Origin: Candidatus Poribacteria bacterium | GTDB taxonomy: Bacteria; Poribacteria; WGA-4E; PCPOR2b | Assembly: GCA_965208325.1 (NCBI GenBank) | Contig: OZ242326.1 | Span: 832,001-896,000 of the forward strand | Direction: 5' to 3' | Length of the DNA stretch: 64,000 bases | The notes under the pieces: model-generated | Told to the model about the DNA's origin: nothing | Seen by the model: only the letters and a program-made list of their open reading frames with translations | Databases searched by the model: none | Shown here: piece by piece, positions 60,002 through 64,000 of the stretch | Layout of the letters: each line of letters begins with the position of its first letter | Position numbering within the stretch: the first letter of the stretch is position 1 | Made by a program: the position numbers and the translations under genes

Positions 60002-61918
60002 ATGGAAACACAATCCCATCTCAAAATTTTAGAACCTATTAATTCTGTTGAATCATACGAATTTGAGCCTATTCAGGGTTACCCCATGCTCAACTGGAAA
60101 GGTAAACGCCCTTTCCGATCCACACAATACTATCCAGCCCAACTTAAAGAGACGTATGGTGAGGAAGTAGAGGGTTGGCAAAACAAAATATACTGGGGCG
60201 ATAACTTGCAGGTAATGAGCCATTTACTTAAAACCTTTCGGGGCAGGATAAACTTGATTTACATTGATCCCCCGTTTGATTCAAAGGCAGACTACAAGAA
60301 GCAAATAGAACTTAAGGGAAAGAAAGTTGAGAACGATAAAAGTGCATTTGAAGAGAAACAATACACTGACATTTGGACGAATGATGAGTATTTACAATTC
60401 ATGTATGAGCGATTAATCTTGATGAAAGAATTGTTGGCAGATGATGGGACGATATATGTTCATTCTGACTGGCGAATGAATAGTTACCTTCAATTGGTTT
60501 TAAATGAGGTGTTTGGGAAGAGTAATTTTCTTAACTTGATAACATGGCGACGGCAAATAGTCCGCGGGATGAAAAAATACGCACGATTCATGCCATTCAG
60601 TTCGGATTACATTTATCTCTATGCAAAAGACAAAAGCAAAGCGATTTGGAACAAAATCGAAAAAGTTAATGCTATCTCATTGAAAAAGGCCGAACAAAAA
60701 TATAAGAAAGATGATAAAGGATTCTTCCGAACTTCCGACCGCGGGACATACTCGGACGAGAGCATCATTCAACTCTATAAGGAAGGACGAATTCATGTCA
60801 CGCACGGTGGAAAATTCCAGATAAAGGAGGGCAAGGTGTCGGTATCAGCCGGCAAAATTGGCATCAAATATTACCGCGAAACAGTTGGTGATAAAGTCCT
60901 TGAAAAAACGGTTTTTGATAATCTATGGGATGATATATCTGGATTGGGTATTACTCCCCACGAATATCTTGATTACCCAACCCAAAAACCCGAAGCACTG
61001 CTCGAACGTATAATCAAAGCCTCGTCCAATCCCACCGACATCGTCTTGGACTGCTTCATGGGCAGCGGCACGACGCAAGCGGTCGCTATGAAACTTGGCC
61101 GTCGCTTCATTGGGGCAGACATCAACCTCGGTGCCGTGGAAACTGCGACAAAGCGTCTCCTGATTGTTGCAGCATCGCTAAAGGAAAAAACGGCACAAAG
61201 GCGAATTGAAGAAACCCTAATCCACTTTTCGGGATTTGAAGTGTATAACGTCAACCACTATGATGTATTCCGAAATCCCGTTGAGGCGAAAGACCTGTTG
61301 ATAGAGGCATTAGAGATACAACCTCTGCCAAACGGCGGTATTTTCGATGGCGAAAAGGACGGGCGCATGGTGAAAATCATGCCAATCAATCGAATTTCAA
61401 CCCGAGCAGACCTCAACGAACTAATCGCGGGATTTAACTACCAAACATTTGAAAGGCGTCAGGAAGAAAATCCAGATGCTCCGGTCGAAAAGCTATTACT
61501 GGTCTGCATGGGCCACGAACCTGGCCTCGCCGCAGCACTGCAAAACGAAGTACCTCACAAACTTGACATAGAAATAATGGATGTTTTGCGCGATAAATCC
61601 CGACTAGAGTTCAAGCGTGAATCCGAAGCGAAGATTGTTCGTAACAACGGATACCTAATCATAGAGCAATTCTACCCGATGAACCTTCTTCAAAAGTTGA
61701 GCCTGATAGAGGAAAACGTCGCTGATTGGCGCGAACTGGTGGAATCTGTAAAGGTTGACTTCAACTACGACGGCGGGGTGATGAACCCATTAGTGGTCGA
61801 TCTGGCGAAAGAACATCAACTAGTTGAGGGCACTTACCCCATTCCAGAAGACGCGGGCACAATCCGAGTTAAAATCACCGATTTGCTGTCAGAATCTTTG
61901 GAAAAGACAGTGGAATAG
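60002..61918 (+). CDS. mod: Type III-like restriction-modification methyltransferase (beta class amino-MTase)
   Basis: GDNL, IYIDPPF (motif IV), then YPTQKPE and DCFMGSGTT (motif I); ATG at 60002 after AGGAGA. Confidence 0.88.
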   Translation: METQSHLKILEPINSVESYEFEPIQGYPMLNWKGKRPFRSTQYYPAQLKETYGEEVEGWQNKIYWGDNLQVMSHLLKTFRGRINLIYIDPPFDSKADYKKQIELKGKKVENDKSAFEEKQYTDIWTNDEYLQFMYERLILMKELLADDGTIYVHSDWRMNSYLQLVLNEVFGKSNFLNLITWRRQIVRGMKKYARFMPFSSDYIYLYAKDKSKAIWNKIEKVNAISLKKAEQKYKKDDKGFFRTSDRGTYSDESIIQLYKEGRIHVTHGGKFQIKEGKVSVSAGKIGIKYYRETVGDKVLEKTVFDNLWDDISGLGITPHEYLDYPTQKPEALLERIIKASSNPTDIVLDCFMGSGTTQAVAMKLGRRFIGADINLGAVETATKRLLIVAASLKEKTAQRRIEETLIHFSGFEVYNVNHYDVFRNPVEAKDLLIEALEIQPLPNGGIFDGEKDGRMVKIMPINRISTRADLNELIAGFNYQTFERRQEENPDAPVEKLLLVCMGHEPGLAAALQNEVPHKLDIEIMDVLRDKSRLEFKRESEAKIVRNNGYLIIEQFYPMNLLQKLSLIEENVADWRELVESVKVDFNYDGGVMNPLVVDLAKEHQLVEGTYPIPEDAGTIRVKITDLLSESLEKTVE

Positions 61919-61936
61919 CGACTTATAGGGGAAAAA

Positions 61937-64000
61937 ATGGCACGAATTGCGCGAACACAGATTAATCTCGATTTCGCCTTCTTCACCTACCTACGCATCT
62001 TTTATACTGAGAACCGCGGGCGAATTCGCAATCACTTTCGAGATCTATCTAAAAAATTCCTAGATTTCAACACCCCTGAATCAGGGGCGTTTTTGCGCGA
62101 ACCGCAGTTTGAGGCGTTAGAGATGTACATTTTCCTTAAGGAATATCTAGGTAACCGACACGTTCACGAGATTTTCACTGACTGGTACACAAAACAAAAC
62201 GGGTTTGAAGGGCGGTCAACTCTTGGTATCGAACAGCTTGAACTGCTTGGAGAACTCAATACGACGCAATACGAGGCTGTATTCCGCTATATTAGAAAAT
62301 CTGGAAATCGAAATTATGCGAATTATATTTTTGCGCTTCCAATGGGTACGGGCAAGACGATTCTCATGGCAACCTGTATCTTCTACGAGTTTCTGCTCGC
62401 CAATAAATTTCCGAAAGATCCAAAATATTGTCGTAATGCCCTTGTCTTCGCACCCGATCGAACGGTGTTACAGTCTCTCAAAGAGATTCAGACCTTCGAC
62501 ATGACAAAAGTTATACCGCATGAATACTTCAATTTCCTTTCACGCCACATCCAATTCCACTTCCTTGAAGAAGCCGGAACTACACTCTCTACAATGGACC
62601 GCTCGCAATTCAACATTATCATCTCCAATGCGCAGAAGATAATACTCAAAAAGCAACACACTGAGAAAAGTGCCAGTGAACGCTTGTTTAAGAGCGGAGC
62701 ACCGACTTACAAACCGGGAAGCGTCTACGACCAATTTTCAGGTCTCTACAATTTTGACACGCCCGAAGATGAGAACGAATTAACAACCAATCAGCGATTT
62801 CAGAAACTGACAAGGCTTGAACAACTCGCAATCTTTGTCGACGAGGCACATCATGCGTTCGGCAGTAAACTGGCAAGGGACATGGGGCTTCAGAAGTCAA
62901 AGACCAGTCTGCGGCTTACCATTGATGAACTTGCGGCAAGTTTGGAGCGTGCGGGAACGCGCGTCTGCGCCTGCTACAATTTCACGGGTACACCATACGT
63001 CGGGCAACAGGTCTTACCCGAAGTAGTTTACGGGTACGGGTTAAAAGAAGCAATTGACAAAGGATTCTTGAAAAAAGTTAGGCTTCATACCTACACCAAT
63101 CCTAAAGACTCGGAGTTTGTGCGACTGACGATTAAGGATTTCTGGGACAATCATCGTGGATTACGACATGAAGGGATGTTGCCGAAACTCGCACTATTTT
63201 CATCCACAATCGACGAGTTAAAGAACGATCTTCGCCCCGCTGTTGAATCGGCGTTAAGCGAGTTTGGTGTGCCGCTCTCTAGCATCCTTGTTAATGTGGG
63301 AGATTCAAAGCTGACATCCAACGATGAACTCCGCGAGTTTATTAACCTTGACACCCAATCATCCGAAAAACAGTTTATCTTGTTAGTCAATAAAGGAAAA
63401 GAAGGATGGAACTGCCGATCGCTGTTTGGCGTGGCACTTTACCGGAGACCGAAATCCAAAATTTTTGTTCTACAAGCCAGTATGCGATGCTTACGGCAGA
63501 TTGGCGAAGACCAGCAAACTGGACACATTTATCTTTCCGCAGAGAATGCTCAGATTCTTGATGACGAGTTGCAGCAAAACTTCCGCGTGTCCGTCAATGA
63601 AATTCATAACTTCGGTGTTGAAAAATTAAATTATAAGGTACGAGTTAACAAACCGCCCGTGAACGTGACGCTCAAACGCATCAGAAAGTTGCACCAGCTG
63701 GTAGAAAAGCAATCCCAGAACGGGCTGTGTTTGGAGCTCGATCAGATAGACACAGAAAAGTATCGCTTAATACACGAAGAAAGTGAAGGGCTGGCGGCTC
63801 CTCACCCGATTCTAACGGAGGACCTATCCGAATACAAGTTAAAGCGAGATTTCAGTCAGTTGACGCTGTGTGCGGAAATTTCTCGCTACCTAAATCGATC
63901 TCCGCTGAAAATTGAGGAAATGCTGACGAATACAGAAGAAGGGATGCAAAGGATTCTGTCGAATGTCAATGAGTTTAATGAACTACTTTACGACTGGATA
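61937..64000 (+). CDS. res: Type III-like restriction subunit (SF2 DEAH helicase), partial, runs off the window end
   Basis: Hand translation MARIARTQINLDFAFF...LREPQFEALE...ALPMGTGKT...VDEAHH...NFTGTP...LVNKGKEGWN...LQASMRCLR; not in the ORF track because no stop lies in the window. Confidence 0.85.
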   Translation, partial: MARIARTQINLDFAFFTYLRIFYTENRGRIRNHFRDLSKKFLDFNTPESGAFLREPQFEALEMYIFLKEYLGNRHVHEIFTDWYTKQNGFEGRSTLGIEQLELLGELNTTQYEAVFRYIRKSGNRNYANYIFALPMGTGKTILMATCIFYEFLLANKFPKDPKYCRNALVFAPDRTVLQSLKEIQTFDMTKVIPHEYFNFLSRHIQFHFLEEAGTTLSTMDRSQFNIIISNAQKIILKKQHTEKSASERLFKSGAPTYKPGSVYDQFSGLYNFDTPEDENELTTNQRFQKLTRLEQLAIFVDEAHHAFGSKLARDMGLQKSKTSLRLTIDELAASLERAGTRVCACYNFTGTPYVGQQVLPEVVYGYGLKEAIDKGFLKKVRLHTYTNPKDSEFVRLTIKDFWDNHRGLRHEGMLPKLALFSSTIDELKNDLRPAVESALSEFGVPLSSILVNVGDSKLTSNDELREFINLDTQSSEKQFILLVNKGKEGWNCRSLFGVALYRRPKSKIFVLQASMRCLRQIGEDQQTGHIYLSAENAQILDDELQQNFRVSVNEIHNFGVEKLNYKVRVNKPPVNVTLKRIRKLHQLVEKQSQNGLCLELDQIDTEKYRLIHEESEGLAAPHPILTEDLSEYKLKRDFSQLTLCAEISRYLNRSPLKIEEMLTNTEEGMQRILSNVNEFNELLYDWI

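Noticed and set aside
60002..60400. Phase-variable mod (phasevarion)
   Set aside because: No simple-sequence repeat tract seen in the 5' region, and the frame is intact
62205..63629. Short ORF-track ORFs near the window end
   Set aside because: They are alternative frames inside the long res ORF starting at 61937

Overview
Bacterial chromosomal window, mostly housekeeping and catabolic genes. The gene mix (TPR plus CRTAC1/ASPIC-UnbV, PhyH dioxygenase, several Gfo/Idh/MocA oxidoreductases, LptF/LptG) suggests a diderm organism, possibly Candidatus Poribacteria; this is inference only. Core genes: glcD/glcE, dnaE, nth, gdhA, lptF/lptG, aroA, dacB and a beta-oxidation/CoA cluster. Most notable items: (1) a highly divergent RuBisCO-like protein with a rewired active site, flanked by a sugar dehydrogenase and a divergent aldolase; (2) a UvrD helicase-PD-(D/E)XK nuclease with a 4-Cys staple directly upstream of a Type III-like Mod/Res pair, cut off by the window end; (3) an unannotated sigma-54 promoter with upstream palindromes preceding a 37-aa very basic ORF; (4) an orphan multi-hairpin RNA candidate whose G-U pairs favour the + strand; (5) two paralogous predicted outer-membrane proteins flanking a DUF3108-like gene; (6) a compact octaheme HAO-family cytochrome with a His-containing membrane partner; (7) nested MITE/REP repeats. 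No tRNA, rRNA, CRISPR array or transposase was recognised. All family calls come from reading motifs by eye, not from database searches.
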